From Chiloscyllium plagiosum (taxonomy: Eukaryota): a stretch of 64,000 bases of DNA. The position numbers were made by a program, and so were the translations under genes. The stretch's first letter is position 1. Each line of letters opens with the position of its first letter. Location of the stretch: contig NC_057719.1 in the NCBI RefSeq assembly GCF_004010195.1, positions 23,439,217 to 23,503,216 on the forward strand, given 5' to 3'. Positions 12,148-25,500 of the stretch are shown here, piece after piece. The notes beneath the pieces were generated by a model, which saw only the letters and a list, made by a program, of their open reading frames with translations, was not told the origin of the DNA and made no database searches.

Positions 12148-15100
12148 CATCAATGTGCATAGCATCAAATCGGCTGTGCGATGTGTTTCTACGATGGCCT
12201 TCCTGGCCAACGTTAAAGCTGATGTCCAGTTTCTGCAGGAGTGTGGGATACCGTACCTTAGCAGCTACAGGAGATGGTTGAGCTTGTGGGCCCATGGGCC
12301 ATCGGTTTGGTCGGGGTGGGGGGCAACGATAGCTGTGCTTCCAGCCTGGGTATCCTGTTGCGAGGAGGCAACTTCACCATCTCTGAGGTTAAGGAGGTGG
12401 TGGACGGGCGCCTCCTCGTCACCAAAGTCATGTACAGGAATGCTCCCCTGAGACTGATTAATGTGGACGCGCCAGTGGGTAAGAGTGAACGCTTGGCCGC
12501 CCTGCAGTAGCTTCCGCTGTTGCTGGCTACGTCCAGGCCGGTCATTCTGGCTGGACACTTCAACTGTATCATTGATGCAGATGGACGATCTGGCGGGGGG
12601 GGGGACAGTAAACTGGACGCCATGTCCAGAGCCCTGATGGACACGGTCAAAGGTGCCAAGCTGCACGACGTTTTCAGCACCCCTGCAGACGGAGCGCAGC
12701 GTAGATAAACCTGGTCACGGGCAGACGGGTCTAATCCACTCAAGGATAGATTACCTGTTTGTGTCCTGAACGCTCTCGGTCAGATCCACCGACGTCAAGC
12801 CGGTTCTCTGACCACTGCCTCCTGCTGGCCGACTGTCACCTACAGGACGAGCAGCAGGCTGGTAAGGGGATGTGGAAGCTGAACGCAAAGCTGTTGACCC
12901 CGGGAAACATTGAGGAGCTCAAGAGGGACTACACAGATTGGAGAACCGTGAAGCCCCTCTTTGAGTCCCCAGCGGACTGGTGGGAAACAGTAGAAGGGAA
13001 CATCAACAGGTTCTTCATCCTCAAAAGTGTTCAAGAGGCGAGAGAGAGGTGGGTAAAACTGTCCCAGCTCCAGGAAAGTATGCAGAACCTGCTCCTGGTG
13101 CAGACGATGGGGGTTGATGTCACGGAGGACCTCAAGGAGGTGAAGGGCCAGCAAGCCTTGCTCTTTGCCTCGGAGGCCTCCAAGATAATCTTCCGGTCCA
13201 GGGTCCGCTCGGTGGAGCAGGACGAGATGTGCTCACGTTTCTTCTTCCAGAAGGTGCACAAAGAGAGCTCCGTGCTCAGCAGCCTGAAGGAAGAAGATGG
13301 CTCGATAACATCATCTCAGGCTGACGTCATGAGGATCAGCAAATCCTTCTATGGCAATCTGTATGATGCGAAGCCGACCGACAGCGCAGCCTCCCAGACG
13401 TTCCTGTCCTCTATCGCGGAGGTCTTAGACAACAGAACACGGGAGAGGCTGGACCAGCCGCTATCTCTGGACGAGCTGACCAATGCCCTCGAGTACTTCG
13501 AAAAGAATAAAACTCCCAGAAGCTTAAGCTTACCGGTCGAGCTCTATTCCACTCTGTGGGACTTGATTGGCCAGGACCTGCTGGAGGTGTATGTCAGTAT
13601 GCTTCGGGCAGGTACCATGAGTGAATCCATGAGGAAAGGCATCATCACCCTCATCTACAAGCGGAAGGGGGAGAGGGAGGAACTCAAAAATTGGAGACCA
13701 ATCTCACTGTTGAATGCGGATTACAAAATTCTGTCAAAGGTAATTTCCAACCGGGTCAGGTCTGCTCTGGGATCGGTGATTCACCCTGACAAAACCTGTG
13801 CTGTGCCGGGCAGGAAGATCGCCTGACAAAACCTGTGCTGTGCCGGGCAGGAAGATCGCTGAGAGTCTCGCACTCCTCAGGGATACAATCGCTTACGTGC
13901 AGGACAGAGGGTTGGACACCTGCCTGATCAGCCTGGACCAGGAGAAAGCCTTTGACAGGATATCACACAGGTATATGAGAGATGTTCTCTCCAAAATGGG
14001 CTTTGGGGAGAAATTCTGCAATTGGATATGTCTGCTCTACACCAACATTGTCAGTGCAATCTCAATCAATGGGTGGGAATCAGATAGCTTCCCAGTCAGA
14101 TCTGGAGTCAGGCAGGGCTGCCCTCTCTCTCCTGCCTTGTTTGTGTGCTGTATTGAGCCATTTGCCGAGTCCATCAGGAAGGATGTGAGCCTGAGAGGGG
14201 TGACTATTCCTGGCAGCGGGGGCCTGCAGGTTAAGGCCTCCCTGTACATGGATGACGTCACCGTTTTCTGCTCGGATCCACTGTTCGTGCGCAGATTCAT
14301 GTGCATATGTGACCAGTTCGAACGGGCCTCGGGGGCCAAGGTAAACCGAGGCAAGAGCGAGGCCATGGTCTTCGGGAACTGGGCTGACCAATCCTCGATC
14401 CCCTTCACCGTTTGGATCTGAAGGTGCTGGGTATTTGGTTCGGAGGGGCTGGGGCGTGCGCCAAGTCTTGGGAGGAGCGTATCAGCGAAGTGAGGCAGAA
14501 ACTCGGCAGATGGAAGCTACGGTCGCTCTCCATCGTGGGAAAAAACCTGGTCATCAGGTGTGAGGCACTGTCATTGCTATTATACGTGGCACAGGTCTGG
14601 CCTATTCCCAGAACCTGTGCCGCTGTAGTCAACCGTGCCATCTTCCAGTTTATATGGAGTTCAAAGATGGACCGGGTCCAAAGGGACTCACTGTACAAAG
14701 ATCTGGGCGACAGGGGAAAAAATAAACCCAATGCCACCTTCACCCTGATGGCCACCTTTGTGTGTGGCTGCATTAAGCTGTGCGTGGATCCCTGGTACGC
14801 AAACACCAAGTGTCACTACGTACTGAGGTTCTACCTGTCCCCGGTGTTGCGAAGGATGGGCCTGGCCTCGCTGCCGCGGAACGCTCTGAGTAGTTGGACC
14901 GTTCCGTATCACCTGTCCTTCGTGGAGAAGTTTATGAAGAAAAACACCTTTGACCACAAGTCCATCAGGAAGTGGTCAGCACGTAGTGTCCTTGAGACCC
15001 TTCGGGAAAAGGAGAGGGCGGATCCTATCGAGCGGTTCCCTGAGCAGACTGTCAAAGCCATTTGGCAGAATGCCTCATCGCTAGAACTTTCCAACAAGCA

Positions 15101-15803
15101 CCAATACATGGCTTGGCTGGTGGTGAGACGGGCTTTGCCTGTGAGATTGTTTATGCACACCCGGACTCTCAGCCGCACCACACGCTGCCCTCGAAGCGGC
15201 TGCGGGGGGGGGGGAACGAGACTGTCACACACCTCCTTCTGGAATGTGCCTACACAGAAGAAGTCTGGAGAGGAATGCAGTGGTGTTTGTTGAGGTTCAT
15301 CCCGAGCAGCGCCGTGACGCGGGACTCCATGCTCTACGGTCTGTTCCCCGGGACGCACACCGAGACGAACATCAACTGTGCCTGGAGGATCATCAACTCA
15401 GTGAAGGACGCTCTCTGGGCGGTCTGAAACCTGTTGATCTTCCAGCTGAAGGAGTGGACCCCAACTGAGTGTTGCAGACTGGCACATTCCAAGGTCCAGG
15501 ACTACATGTTGAGGGACGCGCTGAAGCTTGGGGCAGCTGCCGCCAAAGCGCAGTGAGGAAAGGTCACCGTGTAACATCTGCCTGCCTAAGAAGAACAGAG
15601 GGCCCATGCAGTCTTTTGGGCTCTGCTGACGCCTCAGCTAATTATATGGATATATGATTGATAAACATACAGACCTGTATACACAAATGATAAATTCTGA
15701 TATCTGTATGCAAAGAAATGGAATGTTTACGTATGTATGGCATGACCAACTGTATAGACCATCAAAACATTTTATGAATAAAGTATATTTTTGAAATTAA
15801 AAA
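12148..15803 (+). mobile_element. Tx1-type LINE, nearly complete disrupted ORF2 plus 3' UTR (copy 2)
   Basis: APE (INVHSIKS, FLQEC, LAGHFNC, SDH, MWKLN), RT (NWRPISLLNADYKILSK, SLDQEKAFDR, GVRQGCPLSP, YMDD), C-terminal CPRSGCGG..HLLLEC, AATAAA and a short A tail; several frameshifts and stops. Confidence 0.93.
13785..13858 (+). repeat. Exact 37-bp tandem duplication inside Tx1 ORF2
   Basis: CCTGACAAAACCTGTGCTGTGCCGGGCAGGAAGATCG at 13785-13821 and 13822-13858. Confidence 0.95.
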
Positions 15804-16928
15804 TAGGAGAAACATCCTGAAGTTCCATCACAACACAGGATACACAACTGATGGAATTGATGTGTTCTCCTATGTATTAGATTACTGTATAAATTTACTA
15901 GAAATAAACTGAAGACTTTGTCCCAATGTGGACAAAAAGAAACACAGTTAATTATCAATCAGTTCCTCTTCCAGTACTGACATCATTTTAAGTTTTTTAT
16001 TTCCTGTCTCCGGGGGCTCACATTCTGTTATATCAGTCTTTACATACGTTTGCAGATTGTTTTGTCTTTCTGTTAAATGTTTAACTCACAACAAAACACA
16101 ATCATTAATCATTATCGCCATTATCCAATAAATGTAATATTTGTCTATAGTTTTCTCTGTCCCTGCCTGCCCATATTCTGCTGACTGCGACATTGCTTTT
16201 TGAGTTCTTTTCTCCCTTTATTTCTCTGTTGTTTCCAATTCTGTTCCTGATAGCCTTTTATAGTTGCTGACGCTGTCATGTTGTTAAAATCTATGATTCT
16301 GCTCCCAAAAGACCAGTTCTTGCACACACATTAAATCTGCCATTCTGCTGCCGATAGGCTCTATGCTTTTGTGTAGTACAATTAATCTACATGAATATTC
16401 GTAGTTGCTGCAAATTACAGTAATTGTATCAGCTTTGGAATGCTGCTGCTTTGGATATCTGTTACATCCATCCTACATAGAATGATTAATACGGTGGACT
16501 TTCCATCAATGTGAATTTGCTACGTCATCACATTCATCAAATGTCAAAATCATTTTTATTCCTTTCCAAAGAAAAAAGTATAGAGCCCTCCAATGTCATC
16601 TTATTCCATTCTAGCTGATGCACTTTGGTGGTGAAACAATCACTGCCTCAGTCTCCTGGAGCAACGTGGCTGGTTATGAAATTATTGGCTTTGCTGCATT
16701 TGTTAAATCACTGTCACAAGCCTCCTAACTATCTTAAGACTTAGGATAATGATCGGTAGCAGAAATACATGGAATAAGAGGTATCAATAAACAGTTGATC
16801 TTCACTCTACTTGCCTGAAGCATTAGAGACAGAGTCGAAAAACTAATAATTAGTAATCCATTAAAAACTACTTTAAATATCTCAAGGCTCAAAAGGACAA
16901 ATGTGAAAGCCAATAAGAAGGTATGGAG

Positions 16929-17206
16929 TAGATTAGATTCCCTACAGTGTGGAAACAGGCCCTTCAGCCCAACCGGAGAGTAACCCACCCAGACCCATTT
17001 CCTTCTGACTAATGCATCTAACCAAGGGCAATTTAGCATGGCCAATTCACCTGACTTACACATCTTTGGACTGAGGGAGGAAACAAGAGAAAACCCATGC
17101 AGACACGGGGAGAATGTGCAAAGTCCGCACAGACAGTCACCCGAGGCTGGAATTGAATCTGGCGCTGTGAGGGAGCAGTGCTAACCACTGAGACATCGTG
17201 CTGCCC
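16929..17206 (-). mobile_element. HE1 SINE (internally deleted)
   Basis: Reverse complement of the HE1 head, V-domain and tail. Confidence 0.9.
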
Positions 17207-17519
17207 ACTTGGAGTACCACAATAAAACAAATCATGGGGTAAAAGGACTATCTGGAAGAATTAAGCCAGAACAGAATACTGGATGACTGACAGTAAACTG
17301 TGAAGTGTTGTATATCATTGCTATAATTCCATTTGACATTTTGTAATGAATTAACCCATTCAATTCTGCTGACCTGTTTTTCTGTTTTTTTAATACTTTA
17401 ATAATTCCTTCAATGTGCAAAGGACTGAATATTCTAGACACGTCTCAAAAATCTGGTACAAGCACTTCGGAATTCATTTTATGAATTGTCTTTACAGTTG
17501 TTTTATAGGATTTCTTTTC

Positions 17520-17805
17520 CTCTTTCATTCACAGAAAGTGGCCATTCTGGCTGTATCAGCATTTATTGCCAAGGGGTCAGTTTAGAGTCAACAACATTGC
17601 TATACATTTGGAGTCACATGTAAGCAAGTAGTTTCCTTCCCAGATGGGTGTTTCCAACAATCGAAAGTGGGTACATCATTAAACTCTTAATTTAATATTT
17701 TTATTTATTTCAAATTCTATCATTAGCTTTAGTGGAATTTGAAGCCAGGTCCTCAGACCACAATCTGGCTCAATAGACTGCCAATGATATCATTAGGCCA
17801 TCACC
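17520..17805 (-). mobile_element. Non-HE1 SINE copy (same family as 3879-4250), degenerate
   Basis: Reverse-complement similarity (AGAGTCAACAACATTGC, TGGAGTCACATGTA, CCAGATGGG, TAGGCCATCACCTC). Confidence 0.65.
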
Positions 17806-18689
17806 TCTTCAGTAACCAAGGAGCATATATGCCAATTTGTACACCTCCTTTCATGTCCTTGTGACATTCTCAAGAGGCACCCCTTCACTGGCAGCAGATG
17901 ATGCAAACAGTGGTCATCATTACCAATACGATCACCAATGCCTCTCTCCATGGAAGTATCCGCTATGCACCAGATGCTGGCTCCCGCTTCATGGATGCCA
18001 CACTCAACACTCTGCTCCAAGCTGGCAGAAAGGAGTCTTTCTTCCCCTCTGATGGGCTAAAGGAAGCTCTCCCTTCAGACGCCCAACAGCCTGGGCTGAA
18101 CTCACGCATGAGGTTGGTTCTTCCAACAGGAATATGCACAGCAGGACTCAGTGCTCGGCGCAGATGAATGATCTCCTGCAATGATAAGTGTCATCATCTT
18201 CTCACTACAGCCTCACATTCATAGGGTCATACTTCTGTCTAACTCTGCCACTCCGCAGCCATTTCACATAGGAATGTTGTCGTCACCATCACGTGGGTGA
18301 TGTGCACTGAAGGACTCACACATGCCCCATGCTGCCAATCTCCTCACACTGCCCAGGCACTGCGCCTCTGTTTCACTCACTAGGGAGGGCTACCACGTGG
18401 CATTCTCGCCAAGTCCACATGCACACATTCCAATCGCACTCAATCCTTCTCCTTTCTTATTTCAGGACTAATTAGCACTCAACAGAGTGGAATGCCTGAT
18501 TGCTGTATCATTGCCAGCTTTGAAGAAGCTGCAATCCAGGTGGCTGAGGACCCCCTGCTGGTCCTGTGCCAACAGAGACATCAGAATGGCAAATGCCAGT
18601 GAGGAACATTGTTCTTTGATCTTCTGAGATGTGCAGCCACTCTCATATTCACTCTGTCTAAGGGTTTGTGCTTCTTCACCAACTGTACC

Positions 18690-19110
18690 TAGAACATACA
18701 ACATAGAACAGTACAGCACAGAACAGGCCCTTCAGCCCACGATGTTGTGCCGACCATTGATCCTCATGTAAAGTAAACCTAATGTATGAACCCTCAAAGT
18801 TCTGTGACCATATGCATGTCCAGCAGTCTCTTAAATATCCCCAATGACCTCGCTTCCACAACTGCTGATGGCAATGCATTCCATGCTCTCACAACTCTCT
18901 GTGTAAAGAACCCGCCTCTGACATCCCCTCTATACTTTCCGCCAAACAGCTTAAAACTATGACCCCTCGTGTTAACAATTTCTGCCCTGGGAAAAAGTCT
19001 CTGGCTATCAACTCTATCTATGCCTCTCATTATCTTGTACACCTCAATTAGGTCCCCTCTCTTCCTTCTTTTTTCCAATGAAAAAAGTCCAAGCTCAGTC
19101 AACCTCTCTT
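18690..19110 (-). mobile_element. CR1 3' fragment
   Basis: ERLTELGLFSLEKRRKRGDLIEVYKIMRG..FFTQRVVRAWNALP and a (TTCTATG)-type tail. Confidence 0.93.
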
Positions 19111-19159
19111 CTCTTCCCCAGCTATAACAGACAGCAAAGCACAAGAGGTCCCAGAGGAT

Positions 19160-19920
19160 CTCTAGCACCAGCACATTAAAGGATACTTGGATAGGAAAGA
19201 TTTGGAAAGCTATCGGCCAAGTGTGTGGAAATGGGGTTAGCGTGGAGGACATTTTGATCAGCATGGACCAGTTTGGGCCAAAGGGCCCGTCTCCATGCTG
19301 GAGGACTCTCTGACACTATGATGAACCCTGTAAAATCTCAGAGGAGTCACTGGCATGGTGTTCAGATGCACCCTCCACCAGCACTGAGACTGAGGAGGAG
19401 GTACTGGGTTTTGATTTGGCAACCAACCCTGCATGTGCTGCAGTTTGGTGGGATGGTGCTGGGGAGTGGTGGTGTGGAAAGTAGGTGTTGTAACAGCTCC
19501 ATGGACAATATGCACAGGCTGACATTATGTGGCTGGTGTGGGACACAGGTGATCTACAAACTCAAGAAAACAGTTTGCAATTAGACGAAGAGTGAGAGTA
19601 GACTCGGGGACAGACGCTGGTGAACACTTCACTGAGACGTAGAGTTACAGACGTATACAGAATGGAAACAGATCCTTCAGCCTACTTTGGCTGTGCAGCC
19701 CAGTTTTTACAATTTAAACCAGTCCCATTTGCCTGCGTTTAATCCATACTCTTCCATACCTATCCCATCCATCTGCCTGTCTAAACATTTCTTTAATGAC
19801 TGAATTCTACCCACTTCCACCACTACCTTGGGCAGTCCATTCCAGCCACTTACCACACTCTATGGGAAAGAACTGCCTCTCTGGATTATTTTGTATCTCC
19901 TCTCTCACCTTAAACCTACG
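19160..19920. mobile_element. Two short CR1 3' tail fragments (about 19160-19325 +, about 19640-19920 -)
   Basis: GGGCCAAAGGGCCCGTCTCCATGC tail on +; reverse-complement tail GAAACAGATCCTTCAGCC..AGTCCCATTTGCCTGC on -. Confidence 0.7.
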
Positions 19921-20959
19921 ACCGCGGTTTCTGACACTCAGAGGACTGCTGGAGACATAGGCCATTTTCAAGCTAGAGAGAGAGGCAGGGGAGCATCAGG
20001 CAGGGATGCTGGAGGCCCCCTGCAGTAAAAAACAGGGATGGTCCTCAATCGTCTGTCTGCTCTGGTGGGCTGCAGCATGCAAGCCCTTGGCTGCCTCCAT
20101 AGAAGGAGTGACATTCACCTTGGAGACCAAAAGCCAGTGGAAGGCTGAGTGGCTGCTGGAACCCCAGTCAGACCTCCACCCCATCACTCTAGTCATGGGT
20201 GCTCAACATCAACGACAAAGTGAGAGGGAAATGAGGCCCCTTGACCACACTCCACATGCTCCTTCTTCTCAAGGAGGCAATTTGGTGTCAAAAGGCACCC
20301 ACAAGGAGCAGAAGCAATAAACAGTGGCCCCAAGAGTTTTCATTTGGAAGCACTGTAGTAGTGCCCTGTCCCTGTAATTTCCCTCTGCAGATAACCCCAC
20401 TGCCTACAAGAAATCAAGCCAAGAAAGGTTCTCCTGCTTCTACACATGAGCATCTCAGAAGGCCACAGAGGATGCCAGTTACCTGGGTACATCAGTCAGA
20501 AAGCTTCCCCCTCATACGTCGATTAGTGACCTAGATATAGTGGCAGAAAAGGAATAGGAAATCCTTTTGAGTATTTCATTAATGTACATAAATAATGCAC
20601 ATGTATACATTCTGTTCTTAGGTTTAATATCTCATTTCGATTCCAAGGTAAAAGTGAAGTGACAGCAGGACAGTATCCTCCGCCATTATATCAAAATGCT
20701 GTCATTCCTTTCGTACACCTTTGAACGTCTAGCTGTATCAGCAGGTTGTGTGCCTGCATTCCCTCTCCTTACGTAGTGAAACATGAATTTATGATTTGAG
20801 TAATGTACTCAAAGCTGCAGAGGTAGCATTCAGAGACACACACTTTATTCCATCAGTTCGACAGCAGATACTGGGCCTGTGTCAGCTTGATATTAGTCTT
20901 CAGAGCCACATAGCCAGATAGCCAGGCAGCCCAGTGTCACATTATGAGGGAGGTAAAGA

Positions 20960-22020
20960 CTATAGAACATAAGGGAAGAAAGTACTCCAATCAATCCATC
21001 GAGTCTGCTCCACCTTTCAATGAGATCATAGCTGATCAAATAATCCTCAATTCCAATTTCTTGCCCTTTCCCCATAGCTCTTGAATTCTTCATTGATTAA
21101 AAATCTGTCCATCTCAGCCTTGAATCTGTTTAGTGGCCTAACTTCAACAGCCCTCTACAGTCATGAATTCCAGAGCTTCCTGCCCTCAGAGAAGAAATTC
21201 CTCCTCATCTCTACTTTAAATTGTGCAACCCCTTATTCTAAATTTATTCCTACTGGCCTTAGATTTTCCCACAAGGGAATACAATCATTCTGCATTTAAA
21301 TAAAACTTCAGCTCCTCTATTCTTCCAGCTAAAATGCATGACTTCACAGTTTCCAAATTACATTTCACCTTCAAGTCTTTGTTAACTCACTTAGACTCAC
21401 AGAATCATAGAGATGTATAGCACAGAAACAGACCCTTTGGTCCAACTTGTCCATGCTGACCAGATATCCTAACTTAATCTAGTCCCACTTGCCAGCACTT
21501 GACCTATATCCATCTGAACCCTTCCTATTCATATACCCATCCAGATGCCTTTTAAATGCTGCAATTGTACCAGCCTCCACCACTTCCTCTGGCAGCTCAT
21601 TCGATACACGCGCTACCCTCTGCATAAAAAAGTTGTCTCTTCGGTCCTTTCATATCTTTCCTATGTCAACTTAAATCTATGCCCTCTAGTTCTGGACTCA
21701 CCCACCCCAGGGAAAAGATCTTGTCCATTTATCCTATCCATGCCCCTCATGATTTTATAAATCTCTATAAGGTCACTCCTCAGCCTTCGACACTCCTGGG
21801 AAAACAGTCCCAGCCTATTCAGCCACTCCTTATAGCTCAAATCCTCCAATCCCATCAACATCCTTGTAAACCTTTTCTGAAACCTTTCAAGTTTCACAGT
21901 ATCCTTCCGATAGGAAGGAGACCAGAAATAGCACATAATATTTTAGAAGTGCCCAAACCAACATCCTCTACAGCCCCAATATGACCTCCCAACTCCTATA
22001 CTCAGTGCTCTGACCAACAC
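20960..22020 (-). mobile_element. Two CR1 3' fragments (about 20960-21390 older; about 21401-22020)
   Basis: ORF 21661-21936 FWSPSYRKD..LERFQKRFTRML..LGLFS..RRLRSDLIEIYKIMRG. Confidence 0.88.
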
Positions 22021-22599
22021 AGCAATCATCACCCTTTCACGTCTGAAAGCAGGCTTGGAATCCACCTCAGGTATAAACAACATACTCTATAAAGGCAAAG
22101 TATGAACAAATTGAAAATGAACTGGAGGAATCAAATGTCCGTCCATACTGGATGGCCAAAAGGAGATAAACACAGAGTTAGGAAAGGGGAAAATGATACT
22201 CTGCAATCTGAAATACTTCTCTGATTCCTTGAATCAAAATTAGTCCAGGTCATCACATAGACCAAGTAAGTCTGAGCAGTTCCTTTCTCAGGGTGGTTTG
22301 TTGTACTTTAGCCCAGAACCCACTTGAAACTTCTTAGAAAATGTTACTGAGAAACCAACAGTTGGGCGGCAGTTAAATTAGTCAATGAGAGGTGACTTGC
22401 ACCTTTACTTGGAGATTATGGGGTGCAGGTAGTAGTGTTGTAGGATAGTGGCGAAGTGTGCCTCTGGCGATACCAGAGGATCAGTCCTTGAGAATGTGCC
22501 ACCATTATAACAATACAGTATAGGATCCTAAATTTCTACATGAGTATTTGGAGAGAGAGAGAGGGCTAATGGGATTATCTACATCATGGACCTACTGCA

Positions 22600-23230
22600 A
22601 CTGTTGTGCAGTTATTTTGAGAAACTTTCAGCATGGTAAGATTCAGCTTTCTCATTAGGACGTTTGAGAACCAGCCCCATCAACCACCAATCTATCCCAG
22701 CCCAACTGTGATTCGACATCTCCCCTTGTTCTGTTCCATCCTCACCAGTTTTCCATCCCAGTTGCCCTGTGAACATCCACCCTTCCGTCCTTTGTGTGTT
22801 GGCAATCATTGACATCAACGACTTCCCCAACTTTCCCCCAGAACTTCTCACAATCAAGGTGCCGCATCTCCTGCTGAGGCTTAGGCCTCACTTGACTCAT
22901 GCCAACTATACGCTGAAGTCCCTCGTCAAGCCACCTTCCACCTCTTGAACTGATTGGAGCATATGCTCTGGACCAATAGGTGCATACTACACATCTCCTC
23001 ACTCCACCTCAGCTGACTGGAGCATCCCCTAACACCCAGCCTGTCTAGAGCACAACCACTCTCTGAACTGACTGCAGCACACCCCTTGCCTGACTTATCC
23101 TTCCTCCTCTTCACCTCTTTCGCAGATCCATGCCACTCTACTCAATGCCACTCCCTGTTTCTTTGCCTTCCTATTTCCTTTGTAAAGTGCCCTAAAAGTC
23201 ATCTATTCAGCCAATAAGCTTGTTTGTCTT
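22600..23230 (+). mobile_element. Old L2-like LINE 3' fragment
   Basis: C-rich degenerate sequence ending in an L2-like CTTTGTAAAGTGCCCT..TCAGCCAATAAGCTT; no intact motifs. Confidence 0.45.
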
Positions 23231-25029
23231 GTGTCAGCTGAACTTGGCAATGGTCCAGGGGAACAGGTGGCCTTCCTCCAATTGCACACAATAACTGTAA
23301 CCTGTAACGCTACAAAGACGAAACAGCAAGCATCAAAACCTGCCTGGTTCACATTTGTTCTTTTTTCTCTGCCAGCTTCCTGAATCAATAAGTGTGTCAT
23401 GTGGGTAAAAAAAAATTTGGGAATGAGTTGGACTTAACAGGATGCAAGTACTTGCAGATCAGCCGGTCACCACATGCTGGAGAGATAAAGGGGGGAACTT
23501 GATTGTTGACTTCTCACCCAAAAAAGTTTACTCACCGCCATTATGTTTTCTGTAACAGAGGCTGAAAGATCCTACCCATTGTTCTGAAACATTAAATAGA
23601 TACAAAGTAGATGACTGAAAATTTAAAATTAAATTGTGCGATTTGTACAAAGCCTAGACTAACAATAATGCTGTATAATATTAGCAGTAGAACTTGACGA
23701 TTAAATTACTCGATCTCCCATTTTAATGGAGACATTTAGTCATTTACGTAAAATAACAAAGAATTCATGCATGCATTAAAATGTCAAAGAAATATTATAT
23801 AAATATATTAAGTGTTCATCGACTTGATCTTGAACAAGATCATTTCTAGGCCTGTGTTTGTTAGAGCGATAAGATGCTGATTAATGAAATTTATTTATTA
23901 AAAAGAATGTCAATCTGTTGGTTACTCAACTTAGTAGGACCCACCCCCTATTTAATAGAGATTTACTTTTTGTATACCACCTTCCAAAAAGCATTTGTCG
24001 AAGATTGAAAGATTCAATAATTTTGCATCGGTCTCCACTGCTGTAAACTGTACTGGCTATATTATATTTAGATGCTGCCCTTATTTTTAAAAATGTCTCC
24101 TCTTCGATTAAATCTGATTTCTTTGCAGATAGTTATCATGGTCTCTAAGAAATAATTAGATGAACATTGAGGTAGTTATTCATAGTAATTCTCATCACTG
24201 TAAATTGTATAACATGAAGTGCACTGACATTTGTGAGACTGAACGATCCCAAAGAATATATTGCAGCCCAACCAAATGTGACTGTGCATCCCTGTAAATA
24301 GCATCAATTATAACATGGACAAAAACTTGAAATCGCAGCATAGATAATCAGTACAAAACTTATAACTGAACTTTAAAAAGGAAAGTCTCTAATCTTTAAA
24401 ACAATTTGGCTCTTTTCTCAGTTTGCTTATGAAATCTTTAAACTTTGATGAGAAAACAAAGTTTGTTTATCATGACACTTGAACTTATCACAAAATGGCT
24501 TCACTGGGTAGCTCACTAGATGCAACCTTTGACAATATAGCTATGGGGTCACCCAGTTGCTGTTGGCACATCCGTGGTTTCAAAAATGGTCAGAGACAGG
24601 CCATCAGGAGTAGAAGACATTAGTCATCTTTGTTTACTATAGGCTTGTGGTTAACTGTAGCAGCCATCCTGGCACTGTTGCTTAGAAGTCACATGGACCT
24701 GTTCAAGCTGAGCTTATAGTTAAAAATATAGTTTTTTTTTACAACACTTAAAATAGCTGAGGTAGCAGTGAATAATGAGTGACAAAATTATTCTTTTAGT
24801 TAAAAATGAACAGATTAATATCCGCAGAGGTAATAACTGGAGCCATTAATCAGAGTTTTAAACCTGTCTTGGATTAATGTACTGCAAAATTATACATGAA
24901 AACTAAAATTATTCTGCTAATTATATATGAAATGTAAGATTCTTCCACAAATAGCTCAAGGTTTTTGAAACATGGCTAGCAGGTCCTCTATAAGAAACTT
25001 CATGATGACTTAATAATAGCTTTGTAAGA

Positions 25030-25500
25030 GCAGGAAATGCTATTATGCCTCACGGTTCTAAGAAATTAATAGGAACATTCAAAGGGGTCCTGAGATCTGG
25101 AAACATTAGGTGAGAAACCTTAAATACTAATAGGTTTGAGAGGGAATGTAGGGGCATTCTAATGATTGGGGAATAAAAAGATTTGGTGTCAAGATTTGTG
25201 ACCATGAGACATGGCCTACAAATGTATAAGGCGGGAGGCTGGATGGATGGTATTTTGGACCATGACTGGGGAGAAGTCAAGAGCAACAAGGTGTGGTGTG
25301 ATGGTGGCAAAGAGTTTGCTCGGGCTGGGAAGTACTAGCAAATAGGTCATAGCCAATATGTGTGATGGGAATATACATTGGCTGTGCCAACTACAGGCAC
25401 CATGTATTATCTGTTCTCCTTGCCATTAGAATCACGGCCAGAACTATTAACTTTGTTGGGTGGGGAGTGCAATGATATATCCAAACTGCTTCCAAAGGTA
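25030..25500 (+). mobile_element. Old CR1/L2 endonuclease-region fragment
   Basis: Degenerate APE-like sequence (GTGACCATGAGACATGGCC, similar to xTETWL). Confidence 0.4.

Larger units (their letters stand above)
17950..20540 (+). mobile_element. Decayed PIF/Harbinger-type element: Myb/SANT-like gene remnant
   Basis: GSRFMDATLNTLLQA..FFPSDG..AWAELTHEV..TQCSAQMNDLL; acceptor CTTTCTTATTTCAG at about 18466 followed by a KLAHNR-like codon run; C-terminal LAASIEGVTFTLE resembles LATSMDRLTVAME in the 45041-45478 ORF. Confidence 0.6.

Noticed and set aside
11262..15607. Many overlapping and antisense ORFs of 100-160 aa
   Set aside because: Shadow frames of GC-rich Tx1 ORF2; they are duplicated between the two copies and have no independent motifs.
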